IMG/VR virus record: IMGVR_UViG_3300020036_009452
Span: 25,428-89,427 of that record
Length of the DNA: 64,000 bases
Direction: 5' to 3' (one strand)
Source of the DNA: a virus
Lineage: Duplodnaviria > Caudoviricetes
The translations under genes were made by a program, and so were the position numbers. How positions within the stretch are numbered: position 1 is the stretch's first letter; each line of letters begins with the position of its first letter. Under the pieces are notes generated by a model that did no database searches, was not told the origin of the DNA, and worked only from the letters and a program-made list of their open reading frames with translations. Below are positions 31,401 to 40,560 of this stretch, piece after piece.

Positions 31401-31667
31401 GCTGCCAATTACGGATGGAATCCCCGAAAGTGTTTTTACTCCAAGGTCTCCTAGGAAATTACCAAAAGCATTCAAGCGCCCCTGGTTCCCAAAGCGGACA
31501 TTAGCCTGATTGGAATAATCTAGGAGGCCGGCATCATAGTAATTCCCCCCGATCAATCTTCCAAGAGAAGTATCAGCACTGCCCACAGGGCTACCGCCGC
31601 CATCATAACGAGGGCGTGTGTAACTAGGAGTATTTACTGGGGATGATAATGAACTAATATCTGGCAT
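19404..31667 (-). CDS. Giant virion RNA polymerase protein, 4087 aa: SF1 helicase-like domain, zincin domain, two-barrel RNAP core
   Basis: GFRIPTTNYHS...HGSDYDLDSLF (DxDxD, about 19940-19960); SDAEGYM...KPVYY...KYSV; RHELFH...EERLAESF; SPAGAGKS/IVDEAGG/YDPNQ/YTALSRAK. Confidence 0.85.
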   Translation of the reverse strand: MPDISSLSSPVNTPSYTRPRYDGGGSPVGSADTSLGRLIGGNYYDAGLLDYSNQANVRFGNQGRLNAFGNFLGDLGVKTLSGIPSVIGSLWATGEGIASAVSGGKFSDGFKNNPLLNLAESVSAWGDEYFPHFQEADFSSQDFLTQLTSPGQLATANVETLSFLTQGFGLAGLLGKAQVGTRVINQLAKGRTFKDVLLNANSQNLAKIAGNLDELTLNTFLTVNESALEAIDSRDQVRSQLEAARSRGEVELTDAQIEDKASQSLSNVFWLNVATAGVTNNFFTKLVRPIVGPKVASTRINELGLELQKGTGKVVGKKEGLSAVERLLFDEGNSFGQFAKTTVSQMFGEGLEENLQYSIQKTNEAFNEHASFTDAALAYAKDAVALDFSDPERVKAAGLGSLIGGVQTLGADLVKSGPFAQAKSFREQRDLALESMNKSYTDFFSNDLLKKTPAVSGKLTKDVAEDGTAQYNHEQDGKVQSIDEVQYNNLVNQFQPDETGAYTVPEKLELGEDGLPLKDEVKAAAFAADVKYHGELDNLFDLEASKENANKYRLQLLQLEKLNNLAQTAFRSGTTELLLQKLDTLKQATPEQAQELGFTDPKELTSQLDIWKQHITQLEANYLQTTNSILGVTNDPEELKRLKTYASSVGGRILGLQRLSEDLQKQLNLSASLVSADRVREIQDAFKTDDLDILSRYMTKDHLVEKEVAKLTSQKRDIDAALEDLGELYTKLITPGKGFKAFQAAIRANNFDSLKTKRDAAKTLVLDEGADVRTVSKHINKRATALNLEQKLKTANSHFYADAINAVVRLNKNRPGDLKDIISSVSDIVKEVEAKDLFLYPDEVQTLKEHVINIESSLKEKEAALEAQLPEGIPYEVLSEMDPDEIGDGLLDLLDAFDQLRSEQAAAEPLIADTKKTLAQIEKAAGFEPLDSEEDSRKLAAKELTFAAKRILEVSAFNGTTIAEDYTAIEAVNKQLSYLEKLDKIDLTDLGDMGTQIKRETANLIQQLRQVKQLVEANLRNQDLKNTKENMFYAQNILPFQDVLGEDSKQALAELSTTDPELAAMGIQDLLRQEPVLLKQLIETYTEKARNAIKGIDLLFSQGLGPRLTDESLEKILASPSRGFLEVFRILEAKERLNAEAGQNISPLVEFNKNYDVVTFIANLANYSAGTSSEQLKSLLELQAQLATLKLIQASTGNGFSSVTFLTRLRNFIKANPTLPTPTSAQIRVAYELAAFVSNNKTDSNLYTDGAALRSPAGAGKSLVVSKILKAVLDLKNTDIHSAAPYTLAAQNIAESLGDETRANTVEALTAMLNAGDIGEAQLLIVDEAGGLSIEAISNFSRAVANYNKTAKVKTKYVLLYDPNQVTPGNVGRPALDLEFFAAMQQTETDYYSGDANVKAEYESGTRAVKNPTSLAFVEKLTQITSLSSTYRADISELIDLQNLYKSKEVITEHFTASSSSPQGSLENILGTFAEKNNTIIEKFRLSQSSNPGRTRVILVGSEQKKATYESALPGALVLVVPDAAGIVRDEVYVDISPSDHANFSNIEVYNQWVYTALSRAKLYAQISGVQQVEHIVDPQIVPQPKSKVTQTEVLASLDNKIATLEKLTDQAEPPIITPKLENNEEGVVEVGWEDVLPPIEVDEPVAPSAHLMMHPTNSAFTHIPEVDGMAPMKAGDELIVAVDESPKKDGSPARRVVLMREVEPNYFERVAVIGDKEEATFLAQVRIPSSSLQTMQVKPTATDNVFKGSVRGPKVWVQPGSRPILYRYGNETTETFSSKDGAQAVLPILRKYLNDLWGPNADEKLENYEDILANPEKYVSVGVFKGQKDLERWFPDARSTREVPKIGPPYMLIHGLRTTTGRVVKTQFINLTPNVLNTKTTNMEPIDKFIKTLASFEKALAASKLPGGYKDLRAGLAVEVAGEKYYPFHEFITHLSNTHKALVAGEAAMLTLTDAKHLQALFPNVDGKKIPTKLLELASELDFLVHGNVAKGERRAYRGEAQLLMDEIGSQNLIVTTPNGKNLILRDYKAYEDGSFEMVDSKGISLLGPIKFTRKKGLAFNPLIKEQLINRLMVYRGSLIKRARVGTSRFNFVNDLLETPGDKHLSPITLEDLEDLFVRGKDKQGNYSNISEGFGLRTPLPRSFDVSRETALSSLPLELLGSNFIGAAPTALIVGSPPNITTETVEEVEPRKVSSLSKLKRAIEQGKTLEELEELEELDETISDAISEFTRVMAADTFEEAVEKYKANLAASKLYVTRNVSLFRALKKVVGQRTSSLERIREDVATSLDVKDIGRSAGNVASRDFIRATIISRILNASSEADIFTIADFARTDYYSGKALGKEDFDERLYELVSDFVVDESYTRQTLRDIVKYYNTLATEAGLKQQITYTELEDLYEIFDQLIPITTELRALARQQEAPKTTITVADAERLAIPSEFSGYLETLVSLADAPAEDFENALLSNEAFQQRVIAENESDPLQGAMTLLKQIHLERSKRFLGEELGRELEDTDITDYVQNFTGQTPLGFFKQLLKGRPNELTQIVKYGQLVNAQGQRVWGLYKDGVMAFARLASGKVSSRVVRHELFHKIFWEYLTPAEQIQVLNLAKETYGNLSNEGLEERLAESFEGFVQTKKPTIFDIIWNKLKRLLGFTYNNIKSIEQFFNLVENKAFYYQKQDPTSVERAAINIRSKFDNFTEYKALKTFVLTAFSDIQESRRSGRILSFSEILEAVVDRMKDFRDNTSRFKGSEDSVTLEDRALVATIDKVLKDGALWKNIVEYYFGQTQTRGAVLKVLSENKFREIQQKEERLDDLRLANDPENDEEIEALDSELEGLRSETFDSMLIDPSLKLTGVVKQRLIGIKYWKNGELDFADLNRSYSLLLERFSSIPRSSLAEAIQALKANFKEFQGFKARPNIKQATGKFVLDLLNQIEIGLNTPKRVQSVTFHKDATFKGLYAIYSKDGSSTEQVTLRNVEQFPDRYAVEHQQGSTHDFVFGLATKAKVSYQALSDGYYLFEDLDFLKSVIASVSSLRKNRPIAFTERWDLGIYKVYNYLIQTGGGKRTHEANVRFAFNKHVANLNADGITELVPTKFLNDLYATKADTIEKQRAVLVEFLKIIGLKKRITDASPLSIERAYERLTLVLPKLQMTFASDQGEYQTLEEYNLSKGGEALLADEGSFVDDLTELINSHYTLGDTHSYTRGDGKKAFGWIDASYQTDLLGAMVNALVRKPFKKFSSFSVANDKLTTKDPFLQDNIFFKGGNKIHSFNDHDSWKQKGNERFAKYLRKENLTDFRKRHIVGNFISRLAVSRSKYYQSLPIPSNRTTITNVEVDLLKGEQVTAALKNIIRAQKNRPDPKLVDDNPTYAKNHKQWRFPGLEGSVDSLTEAAALKMIQEHVQTKVQELLPAFLSSAERKARVKIPDNSLAKTARVLGLRAFPVWSKNMTVDQIGAYHTQRNEIIEGVLKSFYYNFIINQYSLSQIVYGDETFYKSKEDQTKRIQIATATGDTVLVDPTHGIPGESNVLVVDDLQRIIPDDLEDAIAASIDASYDASDAEGYMLPEFYERLAAAYGVDSLTDVVLKPVYYSIENGVPRALKYSVKVLTDELVEKFPHLASYRQAMRDAKADQMVFASGVKIGGPSKAAKLLESGEIDTTTISDAALVSINNNNLRFQLNPASDIETSVSNPSQGTAMQNTNGQNSNEIFDLHQASALIIDNGVRQVARDMRLTPKGGLTQNSETMIRNKLQDNLEGLPGGRDVYELLKARNGQDRVSFNLPLIADRVVSSLSSMITSATTGFRFKGSKLVLQADLGKQEVTNPDGTTEFRNLKWRDEEGYCEVLLPEEYKDYMTVGDKVGISKGLVGFRIPTTNYHSLLPMKVVGFYPSPEGAAGNVIIAPSLIVYYHGSDYDLDSLFVIRKETNRDPQTLDLNPMLKEINPAHKQDDALVVNPGDVYGYSNGEPVLVNGSKLRDYLTQHIVLLTQQIATVSSQIPEASYAERSLLNKQLSAMNDTLRKLTTITEVVAKNDIVHNFASNLLERKNRADLLTPISFDDILRVKSDVEAELATLLTPENLNFYQRLAASGLIQIKC

Positions 31668-31671
31668 ATTA

Positions 31672-33549
31672 TTATTGTGTTAAAAATTCTGCTTCGTAAT
31701 TTGGTTTGGTCTTGCTTGGGAATAATTTCTTAACGGTCTCGTCATCAAACAACAACCTCTCTAAATCGTAAGGTTCAGCAATGCGTCCATTGATTGTTAA
31801 TGGATCATCAAAGTTTACTTCCTTACCGTTATTGCGAGCTCCATAGAATATCCTAATAGGCTCCCCATTTTCATAATGTGTAACCCCGACAAGTCCCACT
31901 TTTTTCCCTGTATTCTTATCGTTGATTTCAAAGTAATCACCCTGTTGTCTTCCATCTTTCATGTATCCAAAAGCTTTAGATACAATATCCTGATTAGCCC
32001 TAGCCATATTGGTTTGGGGACTAGCAACAAAATAAACTTTACCCTCTTTGTCAGGGTCTGGAAAAACAGTAGCGCCTGATGGGGCCTGCCCAGTAAAACC
32101 AAGTGATTTACCAATAGCGGGTACTCGAGTCTTCAATGGATTTTTTGGGTCTTTTAATTTCTTGGCCAAGTCAATTTTATCGTCTAACTTTTCGATTTCA
32201 GTAACCTGCCCACCTCCATCCATCTCATACACACGGTATGATCCATTCATTAATCCAGGCAATAATCTATTGGATTCCTCTTGCTGAGAACCAGTGGTTT
32301 TAAATGGATAATAATGAACTTTAGAATAGTTAGTGTCTACTCTTTTAGCATTATACATGTCGATTATCTGACCGTCTGTAGCTTTTGGATTACTTGCCTT
32401 GATAGAACGCAACATCTCTTTATTTACATTCACATCCTTGGTGCTCATAAGATATGCATATGTAGCTGGGAAAGATGATGAACGCGCATCTAAAATCGAC
32501 GTGCCTGTTGTAGCTGTTAATGTTTTAGGAAGCTCTGGGTATGTGGGGGTTAGGGATCTGCCAACAGTAAGCTCAGCAGGAATCAAATCTCCTGCATCAC
32601 TATCCAATTGATTCTTATAATCAATACGTTGTAAGGCATTGCGCTGCTCGATAGCCTTAAGAGCTTTATTGTGCGCAAACCTAAGATTCTCCTTAGCCTT
32701 CCAGTCCTCTTTGTAATCAAATATTTGACTGTTCTCAAGCATCCCACTGCGTGCAGGAATTACCTGTGAAGCATACTGCTGGATAACATCTTGTGTTAAT
32801 TTCTCTGGGTCTTGACCGCTGAGCTGCCCTAAGCTACTGATGTAGTTCTGATACTGAATATCGTTATTAAGTTTTCCAGCTCACCCGGCTGCAGCTTCAT
32901 TTGGGTCAATCATTGTTTGTTTGACCTTCTTGAACTCATGGTAACCGTCTAGTGTTTTACCACCAGTAGGTACAGAGATCTCTACAGTCTTTGGCTTTAC
33001 CTTTCCCATGTACTCCTCAAATTCCTTATGGACATCATATGTCTTAGGAAGATTGAGTGGAGCAACCGAGGAATAGCTGCGTGAGTTAGGATCAAACGTT
33101 GTGGGAGGGAGATTCTGATAATGCTTCTCAAGGAGATTCAATTGCAAAGAATCAATCTCTCCTTTACCTAAGCGTTCTCTTTCTCTTTTCAAGGAGTCTT
33201 CAACTATTGCACGATTACGTTCTAATGCACCAGCTTCTCCATTTGGAGAGAACAGATTATTTACGTCACTTCGTAACTTATACAATTCTTTTGTTGCTTG
33301 CGAGTAGTCACCACTATACTTATTAACAACGTCATCAACTTGCTTTCTCAAACCTTGTTCAAGTTCATTAGCTCTAGCTCGGTCTTGCGGCAAAGCATTG
33401 ATGTACTTAGTTTTAATTTCTTCACTGGCTGCAAAGTTAACATTATATTGTTTCTGCGCAGCTTCTAGTGCCCTCCCAATAAACTCTACTGGGGGGACAT
33501 ATAAACTTCCTTTATAAGGAGTTCCTCTATAATATCTATTGATTGCCAT
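31672..33549 (-). CDS. Virion core/cargo protein, 625 aa, one in-frame TGA (32881-32883)
   Basis: MAINRYYRGTPYKGSLYVPP start. EAAAG[TGA]AGKLNNDIQYQNY...GMLENSQ joins track ORFs 32881..33549 and 31672..32742. Confidence 0.7.
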
Positions 33550-36337
33550 TGGCTGCTGCGTAAATTCTTTGGTAAACTTCGGGATAAAGAGATTTCATTA
33601 TGTTCAATTGTGCGTAGGTCTGTTTCCGCTGATTTAAAGCCTGGCCAAAGTTACCCAGTGAGTTGAAGGCTACATCAGTAGCTTGCTGATAAGCAGCTCT
33701 ATTTTGAGCGTTTATATCATTAGTATAAACTGTCTGAGCAACATTATACCTACGTTGGCTAGCTACCCGATTCTCGTATTCAGTTAACGCGGCTTTATTC
33801 ATCTGGTTGTACTGGCTTAGCGTTTGATTGTCTGCGTTCAGTTTAGAAGCTAACATACTATTAGCATAAGCTCTACGAGAATTAATTGAACCTGAGTTCA
33901 GGCCGCTTAGCGCCCCGTCATAGTTTCTCTGGTTTTGGTATAGAGCCTGGTTTGGATCGTAAGTATTCTTAGTGATGGCTGTTTCATCATAATATGGTTT
34001 CTCCTTTTCAGGACCACCCGATAGCTGAGCAAACTTAGAAAGCACTTCAACGCCCTGCAAGACATCGCCCATAATCAAACCTCTTTTGTTCTGCCTGTCC
34101 TGCGCGTTAGGATTAGCCGTGTTAGCTACACCAGGGATTGTTGGCGTGGTAGCCGTAGTCCTCTTTATCTGTGGAGTGACCTGCCCGACACCAACGCTGG
34201 TAGATACCTGCCGTTGCAGCATATTCAGAGGCTCAACTGGAGACATAGTATACTTATCAGTGTTTTGATTTACAAGTAGATCTAGGTAAGCATCTTTACC
34301 TGAGTAGGGCCCTGGGTAAGTTCCATTAGGTTGGGCTGCGGTTGGGGCTGCTGGATTAGGTTTACCTTGAGGCCCTCGTAGGCGAGGTTGAATTGTAGTC
34401 TGTGGAGCAGGCGCGGTGGCTCTAGGTTTCATAGCTAGATCCATGCCTGTTAACATATCATCTAATGTATTGTATGGAGCATTATTAGCTTGCTCAGGAA
34501 AATACTGCTGTTTATGTGCAGCAATGTTATTTTCATTAGTTTGTTTCCACGCTGCGCCGCGTTGGTAGTCTACTGGATAGTAAGCTCCGAAAGCATCACG
34601 ACCTAAGAATTTGTCAGTTGAAGGATCATAATATATTCCTCGATTGATTCCCATTTGACTATTCTTTCCTTCTACTAACATATAGACAGGATCGCCCATT
34701 TGACCACCTGCTGCAAAACCATTGCCACCTCCTCGCAGTCCCGCAGCACTTGCTTGGTTTTCTTGAGCACCGGCTAGGGAAGCCATGGCCCTTTGATTTA
34801 TAGCAATTGTATTCTGGGATATTGGGTCGTATGGAGAATGCTTAAGACGAAGTTGGGCTTTTCCAGAGGCAGCCTCGATACGTTGAGCCAGCCTAGCATA
34901 TGACTGCCCTGTTTTCTCATCAGCCAATCGATTGGAATAAACGAAGTTATCTTTAACTACTTCATTATGGTCTAACCGTACATTCTTAGTTGGATAGTAA
35001 TTTCCATCAACTTGGTTTGGACTACCTTGAATTTGAACGGCGGAGTCAGAAAGTGCTATATCCCCTCCCATAGCACGTTCCCGGAAACGCTCTCTTGATT
35101 TACTATGTGACGCTGCTTCACGTTGTTTAGGTAATGCTACAGTCATGTTACCAAGTAATCCATTTATAACCATTGAAGGTTGAATAACTGGCTGGGTTGT
35201 ATTAGACACTTTTGGATTCGTGATGGTGGGCATATAAATAGGACCACCATTATTATAAGCACCAGGAGTTGCAGACATTACCATTTTCCGACGTTGCTGT
35301 TCGTCCCTATGTTTCTTTATTAATTCAGAAACAATACCAACACCTCCAGACGAAAGAACATTACCCCAATCTACTTTATAGGGATCATCATTTGGATTAG
35401 CTTGATAGTTTCCAATACTTAAGAGTTGTTGTGCTGCATTTCCAGCTAACCCCAAAAGGGCCCCACCAGTGAAATAATTTTTTGGTCCTGGAATACCTTT
35501 AGTTTTTGTTTTCATGTCTTCTTCATAAATTCTACCATATAATTCTAATGGTTTTCCTATTCCTCCACTATTAGCTAAATCTCATTTATCGTAGTAGCTA
35601 ACATAGTTACCTTTCGCATCAACTCCTCTTGAAAGGGTATAGGTTCCCATTGTACCCATGGTTGGGGTTTCTTCGTAAGTTTCAAAAGGCTGAGTAAAAT
35701 CAAAAGCCAACGTGGCTTTATCCCCCACATTATTTGGGGCTAATTCAAACATACTTTTCTTTACGGCTTCCGGGACATTCGTAAACTCATAATATAGTTT
35801 ATTGGGATCTCCTTTTGTTGGACTTTGTGATGCTATTTTTAATGTATTATTTTGTTGTGGTTTCCCCAGATACATAGACCAAACATCTAGTCTATTATCC
35901 CGTCCTACGCGGTCTATATTACGATCGTCCGCAACTTTGTTCTCTACAACAGCCTCATAAAAACGAGATACTCCATTTTTATAAGTGTATGGACTAAAGT
36001 TCTTATTTAAGCGAGATAAAATTTCTTCTGGTCAAAACTGGCCTTGACGTCTTTCTCAATTAGTTCCGGTTTTATCTAGTTGTGTTTGCAGTTCCCCATG
36101 TCCTACAGCCGAACGCATATTTGGAGCGCTATCTGTAATTGTAGGTTGGTAAACTCCATTCTGATTATACCTATTTATGGCGGCTTCTGTCAAAGGTCCG
36201 TACACCCCATCTATCTTCCCTGTATATAAATTTCTACTTTTTAGATCGGCCTGTATAAGTTTTAATTGGGCACGGTCTAACTTTGCGATTATACTTGGAT
36301 CAATAGAAGGCCCTCCAGAAAGTTTTTCAGGTTTCAT
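33536..36337 (-). CDS. Modular virion/cargo protein, 933 aa, with an N-terminal peptidoglycan-binding domain; three in-frame TGA (36056, 36032, 35582)
   Basis: IQADLKSRNLYTGKIDGVYGPLTEAAI (PG_binding_1-like); TN[TGA]ERRQGQF[TGA]PEE; SYYDK[TGA]DL...IYEEDMKTK joins three track ORFs in one frame. Confidence 0.7.
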
Positions 36338-39300
36338 TATCTATTTCTGTTTTGTATTTGGGTACCTACGAGATCTAATTTTATATTGTAATCTTCGCTA
36401 GGAAAATAAAAGAGTCTAACACCTAGATAATAATCTTTTAGGCGAGCACTTTCATAGAAAGGTTTATCGGGATTGATATTTGAATTATTTACAGTCTTGT
36501 CTATATAACTATAGGGCACACTGGCTTTTGATTCTCAAGATGAATCCCATATTGGTGCATTAGGACTAATTGATAAATCTCTTAGATTATTAATCCGCCA
36601 CTGTTTATCAGTTTTTCTGACTAGGGATAAAGTATTAGTTATATCCGTAGCAAAGTCTTCAACTCGTACTAGGGGTAGTTCCCCAGAAATCTGGTTGCTA
36701 TTATAGAACGTAGCCGCTGTGTAAGTGCTGTTCACTTGAGCGATCTCTTTTGTAGTAGCATCAAGAGCTGTTGCAAAAGCTGAATAACCTATCCCAGTGG
36801 TAGTCTTAATTTCCTTTGGGTTCTGAGAAGCAATAAAGTCTACTATATGGGGAAACTTTACTCCGTAATAAGTTTGGAAATTTGAGTTTCCATGCTTATA
36901 GATTTCAGAGTATCCGTTTTGGCTAAAGAGATTATTTGAATTAGCAAATAGAAAAGAAGGCAAGTAAGAGTGGTATGAGATCCAGTTCTGAGTTAGAAAA
37001 GAATATGACATAGTAAAAGACTTATTCTCAAAGAATGTTACGTTGTCAAAGTCTATACTTTGGACTGCTCCTGTTGGGGGATTGTAATAAAATGAGTGCC
37101 CGTTAAAGAACACTTTATCAGGAGTAACATAATAGAGAGGTTGGTCTGTTTCAGTTGGATTGTACACGAACTTTGTTTCCCACTGGGGTAACAACTTAAA
37201 GTCTCTCTTGTGAACTATAAGACGTTTAAATCTAGGATCATAGCTTGCTTTGTACCCAACACCTATTGGTGAAGTGTGCGAGATGTATGGAAACTTGTAA
37301 TTCGTTAATCGCTCATACTGAGCTAGAAAGGATAATTCTCCGTTCTCTTGCCAGAAGTTACGTGTTCCTTTTAGGGATAAATCATTTAGTTCTCCTCCTA
37401 ATAAGAAAGGATGCCCCGCGAATGAGTCTACATAGAAAGTACCGTACTCTGTCGATAAGCGTGATGTGAAGTGTGGCTGACCAGCAAAAGCTAGTTGAGT
37501 ATTCTTTAACTCTATAGGTGGCACGCTAAAGATAGCACCAGTTCCTAAATACACATTTGCTAAGTCAGTCTGTAGCGTCTGTGTTTGGGTAGGAAGTAGG
37601 AAGATAGAACGAGTAGTAGTTACATACAGCTTATTGAAATTCATAAACATATCTGTAATTGGTCCTGATGTTCCTCCAATTGCATCTGTATAGTTGCTAG
37701 TTAGGATAATCCTATTGGCGTCCTCTAGAGTTTCATTGTTATCTGGTAGTGAGTGATAGACCGTGTGTGGCTTATCTTCATTACACATATTACAATAAGG
37801 ATACGCAAACTGTATTGGATAGTCATATGTAAGCCCGTCTAAGAAAGAAAAAGACTTATTGTATAAGTATCTCTCTGGATAGTATGCGAAAGCTTTGTCC
37901 CCACTTTTGTATTGCCGAATCTTCATGTACTTCCTAAGGTGCGTATGATTGTCCGCAAAAGTAGTTGGATTCATATGCTGGAAGTATAGAAACTCTCGAT
38001 TGGTCTTAGACCCGTGTCTAAAGTTATAATTCAATAACGTATCCTGAGTTGGGAAGGACAGGAAGTAACTATCATAATCCATAGTTATAGAGCCTGTGTC
38101 TCCAGCTTCGGGTACGCCTGTTTGACGATAGTTGAAGTCAACCATTGATAAGCGACTAACTGCAGTGTCCCCACCGTAAACAGTATATGTAGTACTAGGA
38201 CTTCCTTCCCTAGATAAGCAGTTGCCAAAGCGTTTAAACTTTATCTCATACAGATTGCTAAATGTGTCTAAGTACTGGTGGATCGCCCCGTAATACATCT
38301 TCCCGCGCCAAGCTCCTCCTGCAGTAGTAATGTCTGCTGACCCAGAGTTTAGTCTAATAATCTGATAGTTATTGTTTATACTGTTATTAGTAAACGTAGT
38401 ATTTGATAATGGCTCATAGACTTCTACACCATCCTGTGCGCCGGCGTAAGATTTCTGTAGGAACAGATCCGTGCGCATGGTGTGGATAAGATTATTTTGT
38501 GCTGGGAGATTATACCTAGAGAAGTACCGAAACTGTGTGGTAGCATCTAGCGTGCCTATCCAATCTTGTTCAGCATCAAACACATAAGACCCTGAGGTAA
38601 AGTTGTTAGTTATCGACGCATCAGAGTTCTCTTGATTTAAATCCCTATAGATCTTTTCAAACTTAACATAAGCACCTCTTGTAGTCTGCTCATTTAATAG
38701 TAGATCACTACTTATAAATGCATAGGCATTCTTGAGTATGCCTGAGTTAGGAGAGGGTGTTGGATTGTATGTTTGGGCAGATATTGTAGAAGGATCAATG
38801 GTGTGTGTATTACCCACAATTTCAAGAGGGATAAACACTCCCTTAGCTAAGATCTTACGTTCAAAGGACCTATCACCATAAACAAAGTAGTGCCCCACAA
38901 TATCCTGATCTGGTGGATATTCAACATTAGAGAAGCGGACGCCAGTTCTAAAATTATGTGCCGTAGCACCTGAGTCACGAATCTCGGCTCCTGGCATCCG
39001 GTGATGGCGAATCTTTGTTACACCTGGCACTATAAGATTACCGTGCCAGTCTCTACCCCAGTAACCATCAGTCAACGCTTCGCATGTAGGTATATCTGGG
39101 TATGTCTCGGAATCTGACTCATGGTATCCTGGAAGTCCTACAAGAGAGGTTCCATACTGAACAGCGGTAGAAATCTGCCCCCAACGCTTTGTGTAGGCAA
39201 TTCCGTCTCCATAAGAAGCAGTACCAGTATCCCAAGGATTGCCATCTGTAGCAACTCCTAAAGATCCTATATAAGGGTGATACCCATTAGCTGGAATGTC

Positions 39301-40560
39301 AGTATCAGCGGCTCTGCCAATTGTATAAAATACTGGAGAAACATCTCCATTACCAAATACGTAAACTATTCCAAATGGATAGGTTTCATCTTCCATAAGA
39401 GAACCTTCACCAAAGTAATACACAGGCTGTTTATTTCTAGCCCCAGTATCTGATGTTATGGCGGTCTTTACAAACTCTGTCTTTATCTTAGACGCGTACT
39501 GTTGATACTTTGTGTAGTCTCTGTAATTGCCGCTAGTATTAGCTAGGAACAGATGGTCCTTATCAAAAGCTTGCGCTAATACTTTTTTAATTCTTGTTCT
39601 AGAAGAAAGAACTTCATCTAGGGTTATGGTTGACTTTATTTGGTCCTCTGTGCCTTTATACACAAAGGGAACAGCGCCAGATTCCATGGGCTGTGGATTC
39701 AATAACTGTACTTCTGAGATGCTGCCATCGTCGCTTGTTCGTTTTATCACAGCAATCTGGAAGTAGCTGAAAAGATCAGCCGTGCCAGTGATTAGAAACG
39801 AGATTGCTTTACTAGTCTTATTTACATAATCATCAGCACCAACAGTATTAGAACCGCCATCATATAAATTAACCGTTGCTATGTCTTGGGTATAAGAAAA
39901 AGGTTCGTCAGCTACAGGTACTGGCCTTGTTATAGTAATCCAGTTTGTTGCGTTTTGATACTTATCGAGGAAACGAATGGCGAAATAGTAAACACCTACT
40001 TCAAGTTGTCCACCCATATTCTCAACAATACCTGAATTATTGGTGCCTTTATATAAATTAAAACATGGAATGTAATAATCTCTATTGTAGTCCATCTTTG
40101 GGCAGTAAGGCACGCCACTTAAATTATACTGTTCTAAATCTGCAAGATTCAGTACCTTGTAGTTATTTAGATTATCAGTGAAGTATATGTGCGGATCACA
40201 GCCATTACGTAATTTATAAAGAGCGTTGATAGGGTACTTATCAGAGAAATTCAAACACTCTGCCACTAGCAAGGTATCATACCTACAGGTATTAGAAATT
40301 AGTTTACCTATTTCGTGTTCTCCGGCAGGATCATATAGAAAAAGAATTACATCATCGTGCTCATCCACAACAGAACCAATAATCTTTTTATTTCCTGTGA
40401 AATTAAAAGAGCAGCTTGTGTTTCCACCTTCATTGGATATAGAAGGGCTCTCTCCTTGGATGGTCTCGAGCACCGCATTTAGAGCAAATCTATAGGTGCC
40501 CTCTTCCTGATACTTTGGATGGTTGTCCGAATTTAGTCCTTTTGTGAATACATTTTCCAT
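36337..40560 (-). CDS. Tail stabilization/muzzle protein (P22 gp10-like), 1407 aa, one in-frame TGA (36535)
   Basis: MENVFTKGLNSD...YRFALNAV start; YYFAIRF; SYDPRFKRLIVHK; SYHSYLP; IWDSS[TGA]ESK..YIDK..RLKDYYLGVRL joins track ORF 36337..36519. Confidence 0.8.
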
